Source: Takakia lepidozioides | Taxonomy: Eukaryota; Plantae; Bryophyta | Direction of reading: 5' to 3' | NCBI GenBank assembly: GCA_030704615.1 | Contig: CM060731.1 | Span: 74,028,001-74,092,000, forward strand | DNA: 64,000 nucleotides | Part shown: piece after piece, positions 49,932 to 63,183 of the stretch | Numbering within the stretch: the stretch's first letter is position 1 | How the letters are laid out: each line of letters opens with the position of its first letter | Notes under the pieces: generated by a model | Told to the model about the DNA's origin: nothing | Database searches by the model: none | Seen by the model: only the letters and a program-made list of their open reading frames with translations | Program-made: the position numbers and the translations under genes

Positions 49932-52900
49932 GGAAAAATCGTTAACAAGGAAATTGGCTCGTACGAAACACCGGAGAACAATAGATAGCGTACGGGGGAT
50001 CCTGAATGATTGAGGGGAGAGGTAGTGGCAAAATGGCGGCTTGTATGTCATGCACAGTGAGAGAGAGAGAGTTTGCCTACTCAAGCTTTTCTGTGTTTTG
50101 AGAGTTTCACAAGTGAGCACTATGGCTTCCAGTTCTGAACGCGGTTGGTTTGAGCTTGATCAGTTTGAGGTCCCGCGCTTGAGACAGACCCAAGCGTTAG
50201 AATCTCGCTATATTTGTGAACTTGCACGCAACATGTTACATAGCAGCTTGTATTTGTCGATTATCCGGAAGGAGAGCCGATTCCGCAACCTGAACTCCCG
50301 TTTGAGCCAAGACTTTTGAGGAGACTGCACGCAAAGAAGCTTCCAAGCCCATAACGCCGCACGCCTTCTCCTCAAGCTTCATTCCAGGGAAGTCACTCTG
50401 CAGATTCCCCTTGCTAGTGCCAAGGAGCAGTTGGAGAGTGGTGAGAAACTTACTTGGGCTGTCTTGGGCATTCCACAATTCTTAGTAAGTCGAGAATTGG
50501 GTGTAGAGCTTGAGAGCTTCATGCCTCCTGACAAGCCGAGCCCTCTATGATTGTGGGAACTGGTTAAAGGGGGTACATCGATTCTGCTTGCTAATTTGAA
50601 GTCTCGAGTTCCACCAGCCCACTTGGGAAGAGCTCATCACTGGTATTCCCGACTCCGATTTTCTTTTTTGTCCCAGTGATGTGTTGATCTTTCCGGGGGT
50701 GTGTTTTCGGCGTGAAACAGTAGGACTCTACAAGGCCAAAGCAGCCAAGGGATATCCTGCCCATACGCTATTGGTGAAGGAAAAGGTGGTCTGCAACATC
50801 GTGCGCGTAACTTTTTGGCTCAAGGGTGAAGAGGAGCTGTGGGCTTTCTTGGGGGAAGGAGTGTACCTGTTGCACAAGCATCGCCTCATCACCTCTCACT
50901 GTGTGTCTGGGTGGGATTCGAAGCTCAGTGCCCCTTCGGACAGGTAGCCGTGTACTCCTCTTCTCATGCCTGTATTTACAAGCTTTATGCTAGAGAGAGA
51001 AGCAGAAGAGACGATGGGACTAAGTGAGTTGGAAAAACGGAGGAGATGGAAGAAACAACAACTAATGAAAGAAATAATACGGAAAGGGGAGAGTCGTCTG
51101 GAGATCACAAGGATCCGGCGACTGTGCCTCAACCCACATTTGATTTGGACGAGCTGTGTGAAGCCATGGGGGTGATTTCAAATTGCCCCTCGCTTATGAA
51201 GATGTTGTTGAAACAAACTGAAGCTCCGGATATTACATCACGGAAAACTGATCATGGGGAGCGAATGCATAAGCAACAATACCCTGAGTACAACTTAGGG
51301 GAGGATTTTGAGTCCTTCTTGGAATTTTTTGAAATCAGCACTGAAATGAATGGTGTTCCCCTCGGTTCCAAATAAAGTCTTTTTGGATCTGTCTCAAGGG
51401 AGAGGCCAGGCAACTGTTTGAGTCCAATATCAAGGACAAAAATGATCTTACTTGGGTAGAAGCCAGAGAATTGGCTCACAAGCTCTTTCGTAAAGAAAAG
51501 CCCATAGCTTACACCACACCAGACTTAAAATTTCATCATGGCGATAGTGTGTGGAAATACTGCACTGACTTGCGAACTGCAATTTGTAAGTCAGTTCTAA
51601 TTGCCTCAGAGAGACCTGCTATTTTGAAACATTGTTTTGTAAAGGGCTTGCCCTCCTGCTGAGAAAGTGTTTCTACAGAAACAAACATACACTATTGAGG
51701 ATGAAATGGTTGAATTAATAGAAGAACGCCTTCGTCTTAAAGCTGCCAAGGTTGGATTTGCCAAACCAGCCACTATCAAGCACACACACCTGGCCAGTGA
51801 AAGAAATGATGTTGCGATTACTGATGGGCACCTTGGGGTGAAAGGCCTTGCAGAAGAATTGGTACCTTCCCTTGTGCATGAATTGTCCTCCTTACGTGAT
51901 GAAATCCAGGGTCAACTACAGGCCTTCAAGGCAGAGGTTAACTGGAAACCAGCTGGCTCCCAAAACACTGGTCACAAGGGTAAGACTAACACTGGCCCTA
52001 GGTATGAAGCCAGACTATCCGTGGTGGCATGCATGGTTTGCAAATCCAAAGAACACTACACCAGGTTCTACCCTTACCTCTCTCAACTCCCTGCTCTAAT
52101 TGATCGTTATGAGAAAGAGAAACTCCCGAAAGGCCATTTTAAACGACCAAGATCGTCTGTAAGGGTGCCAGCCGATCTCTCTACAAACCCACAACCTGTT
52201 GCTGGTGTTGTTTTGTCCAATGATTTCAAACTCATGCATTGTGAAGCCTCTAGGGTGCTTAGAAGAGAACGCATACATCCCTTGATGACTCAGTGTCACA
52301 TTGGCCACCTTTCTTTTTCATGTGTGATTGACACATGTTGCACCACGTCTGCCATTCCACTCTCCATTGTACGCATATTAGGCCTCAAGTTACGGCCTGC
52401 CAAAGGGCTGGAAGTAACCATAGCATATGGTACAGCCTATGAACCCATGGGTTTGGTTACTGTGCCTATCCATGTTAGTGGCAAGACAATGGTGCTAACC
52501 TCTATTGTCACTTTGGGGGAGCAGCTTTTGCTGGGCCTTGACTAGATGAAGGGGGCGGAGACTAGCCTGGACATCATGGGCAATGTGATGTGGTTACACA
52601 ATGGTGAGGGCCAGCCTTATAAGGTAAATCTCAACGCTGTCACCTTGGCTGTTGGTACCTCTTTAGCCAACTACTCTCGATTGAAATTGCAAGCTGAGCA
52701 CATGAAGGAAACTGTAGGCCAGCACTACAATTGGGCCAGATTTAGTCAATTTCAAGCCCCCGAGGGCTGCCTTTATCAAAGGCAGTTCCCTTTGCCCGGT
52801 AAGAAATCTGAACCTTCGCTGCTAGTGGCCAAGAACACAATGCTACTCCGAGCTCTTGTCGACTTGGTCATTCCTGCTTTTTCTCAACATGTAATTCCTT

Positions 52901-55729
52901 CTGGTCTAGCTTTTGCTTGCCCCCAAGGCCACTATATTGAGGTGGAAGGTTGGAAGAAGCTGACCTTGCAAAAACATTGTCTGATTGCATCTGGTGTGAT
53001 TGATAGAGGTTTCAAGGGTGAAGTGAGACTGTTGGTGGCTAATCCTGAGCGTATTGGCACTACAACACACCCTATATAATTTCGACGATTTAGTTTGACG
53101 CTGACGTTGACTGTTGTCACTTTCGACTGTTCCAACCATTTTGCAGTCAAAATTTATATTAAAATATTCGAAGTGCTAGACAATCGCGAAAATTTTGACT
53201 GTAGTGAGAGACTTTGACTATCTAAAGTGAGCTGACTAGGACAACCACTTAAACAATGGCACGTGTAATCACAATATATAAATTATATAGCAGTATATAT
53301 ATGTGGATAATAAGAAGTAAAAACATTTAACTATTTTCTTACTGACCCATCATATTAATATTAAACTAATCGTGTTAATGTTAGTGAAACAAAACAAATG
53401 AATTATGTGAACGAATGATAAACAAAACGCCTTGCTGGCAGCTATTGGATGAACGTATCAAACATAACTTTTGCGCACTGGATGAACGTATGAATGAATG
53501 ATAAAGCAACTATTGGATGAATATATGAACGCATAGATTGATGGAAAACCCAAAATCCAGCTATCTCTGAATACATTCATCCATCAAGAGATGTACCTAT
53601 CACGTGCGTGAACAAAAGGGGGTTAATTTAATACCCCCATATACAAACTATGTATATATTAAAAGGCTGGAAAATTTACAAAAGTATATATACATACTTT
53701 TCGGGAAAAGTTGTAAATGAGTGTATATAGCTTACTGGTAAGGACTCTCCATGTTTCGCGTAGTTTTTTAAGCCCCACTAAGCCCTATCGCATCGCTGCT
53801 GCGCGCACTCTGTCCTCGTGCAGGGTTGGTCTTAGCAGGTCGTGTTTCAATCTCTGCTCGCTCAGCTGCACCATGGTGGTTCTCATAGACCAATCCGACA
53901 TTACCGGACTACAGACAAAAGCAGCACACACAAGAGGTCCGTTTGGGTTCATGGTCAGTCAAATCCTCCATGGGTCATGACACAAGGACGAGGACAATAT
54001 GTGGTGAGGGCACCTTCTTCTTTGACCTATTTTCAGCCAGTTTTGCCCTCTCATCAATCAGGTCAGGCTAAAACTTTTGGTAGTGACGATGTCTTTTGGA
54101 ATGAAACGGACACCTGATGCTATGCACGGGGGACTATCGTTGTGGGCACAGTTGAAGGAGCTAAAGGCAGAGCTTGCTCTTCTGAGAGTGGCGAAGGTGA
54201 CGGGTGGCGCACCAAATAAGCTGTACAAAATGTATGGCCAGTTAGGGTTTTTTACTTCACGTGCCCCCTGTAATGATGCATGCCCCATCTTGAGTCTGCA
54301 GATGTAGGTATTGTGTCCTTGGAATTGTAACTATATTACCAGCCATGAGCAAGTAGTACCCCTTTGGGAGAAATGGGCTCTTAGTCCTGGTAACTCATCC
54401 ATGGCTGGATCTCTCTTCCTTGATTTGCCCAGCACTTTTCAGTTAATGCTTCATTGTTTTGCAGCAGTAGTTTTCCATGTGATGGCAGTTGTTTTCCAAA
54501 GGCCCTGCTGAGCATGTAATATATCTTATTTCACGTCATAACGAAGAATGGGTTGAGATGGTTGCAGGCTTCTTTGAAAATAGAGAAACAGAAGAAGAAA
54601 GAGGCGTATTTCCCCTTGCGAAAATATGTTGTGAAAGTGTAGATTTTACATATCAGAGTAGTCAATTTTGGTGAGTCACACTGATGGGGTCATTCTCTTT
54701 GGTTATACTGGTGGCTGGAAAACTTTTCATGTGTTACCAAATGTTTCTTAGCAAAGTCACATGCACATGAAGTCAGTGTTTGGCTTTCAAGCTTATTGTA
54801 CCTTGGCTAACCCTGGAATGGAGTTTTCTCTTTTGGTGTCTCTCCCTAAAAAGTTATGTATGAACTATGAACGAACAGTTTGGTCTTGAAATCATTGGGA
54901 AATCATTCTGGAAATCTTAAACCACATCTAGTTAACTCCTCCATATGTTATTGACCTTCGACTTCAAATATCTGTGCCTCCAAATAAAATGTGACCTGCT
55001 TCTCTAACTGTTTTTGTTCCCTGAATTTGCAGCACGGAGCAGAGCTGGCATGAGTTTTTTACAGATCCTTCACGATGGTGGAACAATCGCAATCGCAAGG
55101 TGTGGCTTTTTCTTAATGTAGGATGTGAAGAAATTTGTCCATCCTGCAAATGTGGGCTTTTGGCTCCTGTTAGTACCATGATTTGGTATTCTTCCTGATG
55201 TTTACAAGGTTCTTGGGAGAGTCAGCTTGGTCTTAGCAGGCCGTGTTTCAATCTCTGCTCGCTCAGCTGCTCCGTGGTGGTTCTCATGGACAAATCTGAC
55301 ATTACCTGACTACATACACAAACAGCACACATAAGACGTCCTTTTGGGTTGATGGTCGGTCAAATCCTCCATGGGTCATGACACAAGGTCAAGGTCGACA
55401 ATGTGGTGAGGGCACCTTCTTCTTCAACCTATTTCTGCCTGTTTTACCCTCTCATCAGACTCGGCCCTGAGATGCATATTGAATTCTGTAAGTTAGCTCA
55501 TTGGGTGGATCTGTGGTGGTTAGGAGTGACTTTGATAAGTTTACTGCCGATGTAGCAGCAGGAAAATATCCAGAAACAGATAACATAGATGAGGAGAAGC
55601 TCGTTGGTGGATCTATGGTGGGTTTGGAGTGATTTTGATATGTTACTGTAGGTAGGGTTAGGGTGTCAGTGTCAGCTTATACACACGCATGGATAGCTGA
55701 AGGAGTGTAGGGATAGATTGTGGGTCCAG

Positions 55730-57105
55730 ATTCATCCAAGAGGCCCGGATTTCAAGCTCCAGATTACCTATGATTCCCTGTGGAAGGATAGCTACAAGAA
55801 ACAGATGGTCAACTGGAAGCCGCAGCAGCAGCGGCACAATGGATAAAATCAGGCACTGCTAATGAAGGCACCTTCTCCAACACATTTCACCCTGTTTTTC
55901 CTTCTTATCAGAATCGGCCCTAAATTTCCATGTTGAATTCTGCAAGTTAGCTGGTTGAGTGAATCTTGTTTGGAGTGTTGACATGATACTGCCAATGTGA
56001 CAACAGGAAAGTATCCAAAAACAGGTAACAAATATGAGAAGAAGTTGTGGGGTGAATACTTATCTGACCCCAGTAACTGGTGGGACAACCGAGGCAAAAA
56101 GGTGAATGCCTGTCAGATTACAGAGTGTAGCAGATGCAATTGACCATAGGAACTAGTGTGATAAGTTGAGTTGGGTGCAATTGCACTCTCCCTTTCCTCT
56201 CTGCTTCTGTTTGCTATTCAAAGGTAGGATTCATGCCCTGAGTTTAAATTTCAGTCTGGTGCCGAGAGTGGGTAGACCCTTGAGGTCATCCATGATGTCC
56301 TCCCCCATGTCACAGACTGGAAACAAGTCCAGGGAAGTTTTCTGCCTAACTTCATTTTCATCAGACAATTTTCTGGAAATGGACATGGCTTTAGACACTA
56401 CAGCCTCTAAGTCAATAGGGGTGGGGCGTTTGCTGGAACAATTCTAAAAGGTGAATGTCAGTCAGATTACCAGATGTCATTCTGAACATTGCCCCTGCCC
56501 TGGTGGTCAAATGTGGGTGCATCGAGGATGCCAAGGCAGTGTTCAACGCTATGGCTGAATGAGATGTGGTGTCGTAGAACGCAATGCTTGCAGGGTGTGC
56601 AGAGCAGGGGCGCCGGATGGGGCTTTGGAGACCTGAAAGCAAATGATGGGGGAAGGGGTGAAGCTCGACCACATCATGTTTGTGTGCGTGCAGTGCATGT
56701 GCAAGCCTGGCAGCCCTAGAAAATGGCAAAGAGGTGCATGGTTGCATCACCAAAGCTGGAAATGTACCAGATGGATCAATAGCTACAAGAAACCTGCATG
56801 GATAAATGGTCAACTAGAAGCCGCAGCAGCAACGACACAATGATATACTCAAGCACTGCTAATGAAGGCACCTTCTTCAACACATTTCACCCTATTTTTC
56901 CCTCTTATCAGAATCGGCCCTAAATTTTCATGTTGAATTCTGCAAGTTAGCTGGTTGAGTGAGCCTTTGATAGTTTGGAGCGACTTTGACATGGTACGGC
57001 CAATGTGACAACAAGGAAGTATCAGGTAACAGCTGAGACGAGGAGAAGCTGTGGAATGAATACTTTTCTGACCCCAGTCAATGGTGGGACAATCGAGGCA
57101 AAAAG
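55730..57105 (+). pseudogene. Captured OSB-type PDF-motif exon fragments (duplicated)
   Basis: IHPRGPDFK near 55730-55756. KLW(G/N)EY(L/F)SDPS(N/Q)WWDNRGKK|GT at about 56041-56101 and 57046-57104. Confidence 0.65.
56178..56412 (-). mobile_element. Internal fragment of the RTE/RTEX-like LINE inside the CACTA
   Basis: Reverse-complement match to about 14660-14896. Confidence 0.8.
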
Positions 57106-58180
57106 GTGAATGCCTGTTGGATTACAGAGACTAGTAGATGCAATTGACCATAGTGAACTAATGTGATAAGTTGAGTTGGGTGTTTCCTAGAACAAATCTA
57201 GGCTGTCATTGTTAGGTGCTAGCAGCAAGGCAAGGATGTTAAGCATGTGAAGATGCTTTGTGAGGCAGGCAGACTGACAGAGGCTCTACAGACTTTAAAC
57301 CAACGAGGCATTTCAGCAGATTCAGATACGTATGTCTGTCTCTTGCTTATGTGCATCAAGATGAAAGGTCTGGAAACTGGAAACAGGTGCACACTCACAT
57401 TATCCAAAGTGGATTCGTGCCAAATGTTTTTCTACTCAACACCCTTGCCAACATGTATGTTAAGTGTGGGAGCGTCATGGATGCTCACCAAGTTTTCCAC
57501 AGAGTGCCTCAACGATCTTTGATCACGTGGAATATAATGTTGGCAGGATTTACCAAGGATAGGTGTGGCAGGAATGCTTTGGAGACCTATGAGCAACTGT
57601 TGCGCGAAGGGTGAAGCCCAACCACATCACGTTTGTTTGTGTTTGCAATGCGTGTGCAAGCCTGGGAACTCTGGAAAAGGGGAAAGAGGTGACATCGTCA
57701 AAGCTGGATTTGTACCAGATGGCATTCTGAACACTGCCATGGTGGACATGTATGCCAAATGTGGGTGCTGCAAGCCTAATGCGCAGGGAGAGTTCGACAA
57801 TATGGCTGAACGAGATGTGGTGTTTTGGAGGGCCATGATTGCAAGGTATGTGCAGCATGGGTATGGGATTAAGGCTTTGGAAACATAAGAGCAAATGATG
57901 TGGGAAGGGATGAAGCCAGACCAGGTCATATTCATTTGTGTTTGTAATATGCGTATGCGAGCCTAGCAGCCCTGGGAAGGGGCAAAGAGGTTCATGGTGA
58001 CATTATCAAAGCTGGAATTGTACCAGATGTCATTCTGAACATTCCCTTGGTATACATCTATGGCAAATGTGAGCCTGGCAGCCCTGAAAAGGGCACAAAG
58101 GTCCATGGTGACATCGTCAAAGCTGGAATTGTATCACTAGATGTCACTCTAAACACTGCCTTGGTGGATATGTATGTGAC
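56470..58180 (+). pseudogene. Captured, frameshifted PLS-class PPR gene fragments
   Basis: LCEAGRLTEAL..DSDTYVCLL..QVHTHIIQSGFVPNVFLLNTLANMYVKCGSVMDAHQVF..WNIMLAG, plus further P/L/S motifs with deletions and stops. Confidence 0.85.
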
Positions 58181-61100
58181 GGCAACCCTGGATCAAGTGG
58201 ATGTCACTTTAGGTGACATGGTAGCTGGCACCACCATTCTCAAGAACTACAAGTTCCTGAATTCATTCTCGAAATGATTTCTTTTGTTCTCTTGACATGT
58301 CCACGACAGTGCTTTACCTAGCTGCACATCAGATTTTCCTTCCTCAATTCAATGACTTCACTTGGGCAGTGATCTATGGATATGGCAACATGGCCCTCAT
58401 GTTGGTCATCTGTAGAATGTGGCCAAAACTTGTTTTAAAAACACTCTTGATATAAACCAGTTTTGAGCCATCCAAATGATTTTGGTTCCTGCCATGTATT
58501 TGTATTCTATGTTTTGCTATATTTGTAATATATTTTCAATGCAGTGCAGCGAATCAAATAAACCCACTAATTAAAATGAAAAGTAAATGAAAATAAATAA
58601 ATAAAAACAAAATAACAGTAGTAAACAAAAACAGTAAAACCAAACATTAAACAAAAAGCCTCTCTAATTCATATATATATTTTATATTTATGTATATATA
58701 TACTATATATAAGTCATGCGTCCACGTCATACTGCAGTAGAACTATTTTAGTACACGTCATGCATCCACGTCATAATGCAGTTACACCACTTTACTACAC
58801 GTCATAGCCACGTCTCATCCACGTCATACTGTGGTACAATCACTTTACTACACGTCACCCCTAGGTTTTACTGTCACATTTCACTGTTAGAACCTGGCAT
58901 CTGGATTCGACTGCTTGACTGAAACGACTTGACTTTTGTCACGCACATTCGACTATGGAGGCTGGGAGTAAAAATGTCACAAACGACTCAAAAATGAGTC
59001 AAATACAGAGTCGAAAAACCCTGCTTGTATTTTAGTGTGGCATTACCATTTGTAAGGGGCAAGTCTTAGCTAGGCTGTCTGTCTCACCTTTATCTGAGTT
59101 GGCTTCTGTTCAGAAAGGTCTCTCCTTCCACGACATAGGTCTGGTGGATTCCCCTCTTGACCAACTGCAAGCCTTTGCTACCAATATCGGGCCTGTTGCC
59201 AGTCTTCCCTTGACCTCAGATCAAGAGGTGCATTACCAGCAGGTTTTGTAAGACATCACGGTTGGGGAGCATCTCACGCCTCAGCAAACCAGCCAATTCC
59301 ATGGCTTTCTCCGTAATAATCTGGATATTTTTAGCAAGGGCCATCATGACCTTGGTCGCACGACCATCCTGGACCATGATATCATCACTGAAGGTAAGCC
59401 TATCAAACAGTATGTCTACCGAAAGAGTGTGCGAGAAAGAAAGGTTATTCAAGAAATCTCGCCTTGGGCCAGTCCCATTGTCTTAGTAGGGAAAAAAGAT
59501 GGTTCAACTCGCTTCTGTGTTGATTTTAGACGTCTGAATGCTATCACTAAAAAGGATGTGTATCCTTTGCCTCGTATTAATGAGACTCTTGACCAATTGA
59601 ATGGAGCTACTATATTCTCGTCGTTAGATCTAGCAGCTTGATTCTGGCAGGTGCCCTTGACTTCGGCAACCAAAGAGAAAACGGCCTTCACCTGTCGCAT
59701 GGGCATGTATCAGTTCAAAACTATGCCTTTTGGATTATGCAATGCTACTGCCACCTTTCAGAGGCTCATGGATGTTGTGCTTGGCAATCTTCGCTGGTAA
59801 TGTGCCTTAGTTTACATAGATGACATTAATATCTACTCCACTACCTTTGATGCTCACTTGTTGGATTTACAACGGGTGGTGTGCAGACTTCGGGTTGCAG
59901 GCCTAAAAGTCAAAGCCAAGAAGTGTGACTTCTGTATGGAACAGCTACACTTCCTTGGGCACCTGCTATCTATTGCTGGCATCAGGCCAGATCCTCGTAA
60001 AATTCAGGCTGTTTGGGATTATCCTACTCCTAGGGATAAGACCTGTGTCAAGACTTTTCTGGGTCTGGGTTCCTATTATCGTCGTTTCATCTTTCAGTTT
60101 GCCAAGCTTGCTGCCCACTTACTCGCTTGCTGTCCAAGGATGCGCGCTTTGTATGGGGTACTGCAGAAACCTCGGCTTTTGAGAAGCTCAAGATTGCTTT
60201 GACTTCGGCCCCTGTTCTTGCCTACCCTGATTTTACCTTACCTTTCCTTTTACAAACTAACGCTAGTGACTTAGCTATCTCTGTTGTGCTTAGTCAAATT
60301 CAAGATGGGTAGGAACATGCGATTGCCTATGCCTTGCGCCGTCTTAACAAACATGAAAGAAACTACTCTATCACAGACAAAGAGGGCTTACCAGTTATAT
60401 TTGGTGTTAAATATTTTAGGCAGTATCTTCATGGTTGCCACTTTACCATTGAGACGGATCATCTGCCTTTGAAAGCCTTGCTTTCTCCTCGCGAACTAAC
60501 TGGACGTTTGGCTAGATGGGCTCTGATTTTACAGGGTTATGATTTTCAGATCTCTTACAAGCGAGGCAAAGATAATGTTAATGTTAATGCATTGACTCGT
60601 GGGGAAACTAAGCCTCTTGCCCCTTACACTACTCTAGATGATCTTGTTCATGTTCTTTCTTCCCCTTCTGTTACTGCACATGTCACTGATCCTTATGCAT
60701 TATGTCGTCTGCTGGATTTCCCTTATGTTCCTCCCGATCTGCTAGATTCTTGGGATCTAGTTCAATTTGATGTTCCTTAAATTTCCTGCTTGGTACTTGG
60801 CAATGCTAGTAGGTTGGCAATCTGCAGCCTAGGAAAGATTTGGCCCTACCTTTTCCATGATCATGTTTCTCCCGCTCCCTAGCCAGTCTTAATCCCGACC
60901 AAGGGACTGAGCTGCATTTCATAGCCTGTTTGCTTCCTCATATGCAGCCAACTGAAAATTGAAGTCAGGAACCATGAGAGGAGGATCACGGGGGCTGCCA
61001 CTTTCTTCTCACCTGCACTAACATGCTGATTGTGTGGCCATGAGTGTTGTAGGCATGGATGAACCTCTTTACGATGCTCTACTCCACAGGTGCAAAGCCG

Positions 61101-62635
61101 GCACCCACCTTAGTGGCATATCCAGGCTCCTCATGAGGCAAGTGAACTATCACTTACCCACCCACCGGGAAAGTGAAGGGAGGTTGTTCAGAGTGAATGC
61201 ATTGGAAGGTGATCTTACTGTGGAAGTCCCTCCTAGGTCTGCTGTCCCTGCCTTGCTAGACTTGTACCATGCTTTTACTTATGCTGGTCATTTAGGGGTT
61301 ATCAAAACTGTGAAAAGGCTCCAAGAACAGTATCACTGGAAAGGTTTAGTTAAGGACGTTTCAGCTTTCATTGCAAGGTGTGTACCCTGTCATGCCAAAA
61401 CCATCCTGCCTAGGACCGAAGCACCACTCCCTTTGCAGCCTATCCCGGTTACTGAACCCTTTGCCCGGGTGGGCTTAGATCTTGTTGGACCCCTCAAACC
61501 TACGTCTAAGGGCCATGCATACCTTGCTGTTGCTACGGATTACCTGACTAAATGGGTTGAGCTCCGACCCCTGGTCGCTAAGGACAGTGATGAGGTAGTA
61601 TAATTCTTCTTTGATAAGGTGATTCTCCGCCATGGTTGCCCTCTTGAGATCCTCACGGATCAAAGTACAGAATTCTGCAACCAGCTTATAGAGATTGTAT
61701 TATTCAATCTAAACACTAAACATGTCGTGACTGCGCCTTATAATCCCCAGTGCAATGGCTTGACTCAGCGTTTTAACAAGACAATGTGCCAGATGCTAGA
61801 GAAAAATGTGTTACTCATAGATGAATGGGACATTGTTGTGCCTATCCTGCTGTTTGCCTATCGAACCTCTATTCATGCCAGTACCAAAATTTCTCCTTTT
61901 GAACTTTTGTATGGTAGGAAATGTAGAACTCATTTGCATATCTCCTGGCTGCAGGTCTCCGCAACTGAGCCTGAAAATTGGGAAGTCTTTTTGCTTTCCA
62001 TGGATGCTAGACGACGTAGTTTGCGTGAAACAGCTAAATCTAACATTGTGTTTGCCCAAGCTGCTCAGGCCAAGAATTACAACAGACGTGTTGTGTATTC
62101 TGAGTCATTTAAGATAGGCCAGTCTGTTTGTGTCAGGCTCCAGCCTGGTAAGCAGGTATCTAAGGCCAGGCGTCAGATTGATGGCCCTTACTTGATCTCT
62201 GATATTCTTCCTGGCAAGCAGTATGTCTTGCTTCCCCAGCCTGCTTCTACTCCTCACTTAGCTAGCTCCATTCATGTATCATTGCTTGTTCCATGCACTC
62301 TTAATTTTGATCTAATTTGTTTGAATGTTGGAAACCGCCAGGTGATTTTCACCCCCACAGCTTGGACAACTCGTGATCAGGCCCTGGCATCTTCTTCTTT
62401 AGTGTAGTTTTACATTTCGTGCTAGTTTTCTGCACCAATTGTAGCACTTGGGATTTTTCCTATGGGATGTTTTGTCCTCCACCTAGCTTGCAGGGTGAGG
62501 TTTTCTTCCCTAGGTTTTTTCATCCCTCGTGTGCCGGGTGTGTAGTTTGTTTTGGCTAGGCTTCGTTTTTGTTATTCCTGAGTTCATCGCTCGCAGGAGC
62601 TCACCGTTTCTAGTGGCCCCAGCAGGCTTCACATA

Positions 62636-63183
62636 TGTGGAGCTGGGATTCCTTCTCACCTTCTTTTTTGACTTGGATGAACGGAGGAGGGATGTGCCCC
62701 AGATGATTTAGGGATGGACGGAACCAGGATGAAGTTTGCATGAACACCTTGCGCATGAGGATGAGCTGGCAACAACTTATGACTTTATTAGGTGTCGTCT
62801 TATTCTAACAGCTGGTTTAGGATTAGATTAGGATGGATCTGGGTGATCTGGCTTCTTTCTATGGCTATGCTAGAAGGGCATCTGGCTGGCCTATATGTAA
62901 GTGCCACGCGGCACTAGGATTAGATTACGACCTAATATTATTTAAGCTCCACTGCCGTGGCAGTGAGGGTGGTGGCTTTTGGATCTTACGCGAGTGTACG
63001 TTTGGTGTAACGGTGTGCTTGAGTGTGTTGATGAATGTGTTTTGGATGTTCGACTCTGTTGTGTCCTTTTCGTGAGATTCCGTCTTCTCTGCCAGGCCCA
63101 TCTATCGACTACATCCCCCTTGATAGGATTAAGTCCGGTAGAGGAAGGAGAACAAACCCATAGAGCCGGAATCGGGCTTCACA
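62636..63183 (+). repeat. 3' LTR (repeat A2 + B2), TGTGGAGC...GCTTCACA
   Basis: Canonical TG...CA with 7/8-bp terminal inverted repeats. It is preceded by GGCTTCACA-TA rather than a polypurine tract. Confidence 0.9.

Larger units (their letters stand above)
53058..59037. mobile_element. Non-autonomous Pack-CACTA element (5980 bp)
   Basis: TIRs CACTACAACACA and TGTATTTTAGTG; 3-bp TSD TGG at 53055-53057 and 59038-59040; subterminal TTTGAC/TTCGAC and CCACGTCATA repeats. No transposase. Confidence 0.9.
52820..59095 (+). pseudogene. dUTPase-like domain of the gypsy polyprotein, split by the CACTA insertion (52820-53057 + 59041-59095)
   Basis: LVIPAFSQHVIPSGLAFACPQGHY...GVIDRGFKGEVRLLVANPERI|GITICKGQVLARLSVSP. 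The frame is restored exactly when the CACTA and one TGG are removed. Confidence 0.75.
49390..63183 (+). mobile_element. Full-length degenerate Ty3/gypsy LTR retrotransposon (gag-PR-dUTPase-like-RT-RH-IN) with a nested CACTA
   Basis: Terminal direct repeats at 49390-49913 and 62636-63183, flanked by GGGG on both sides. Gag knuckle CMVCKSKEH, protease VIDTC, RT (SPWASPIVLV, RFCVDFRRLN, YIDD), RNase H (TDHLPL, GRLARWAL) and integrase (H-H-CC, GLDLVGP, LTDQSTEF). Several stops and frameshifts. Confidence 0.93.

Noticed and set aside
60600-61240. Additional (Tat-type) RNase H between RH and IN
   Set aside because: The spacer is long, but I cannot see RNase H catalytic motifs in any frame.
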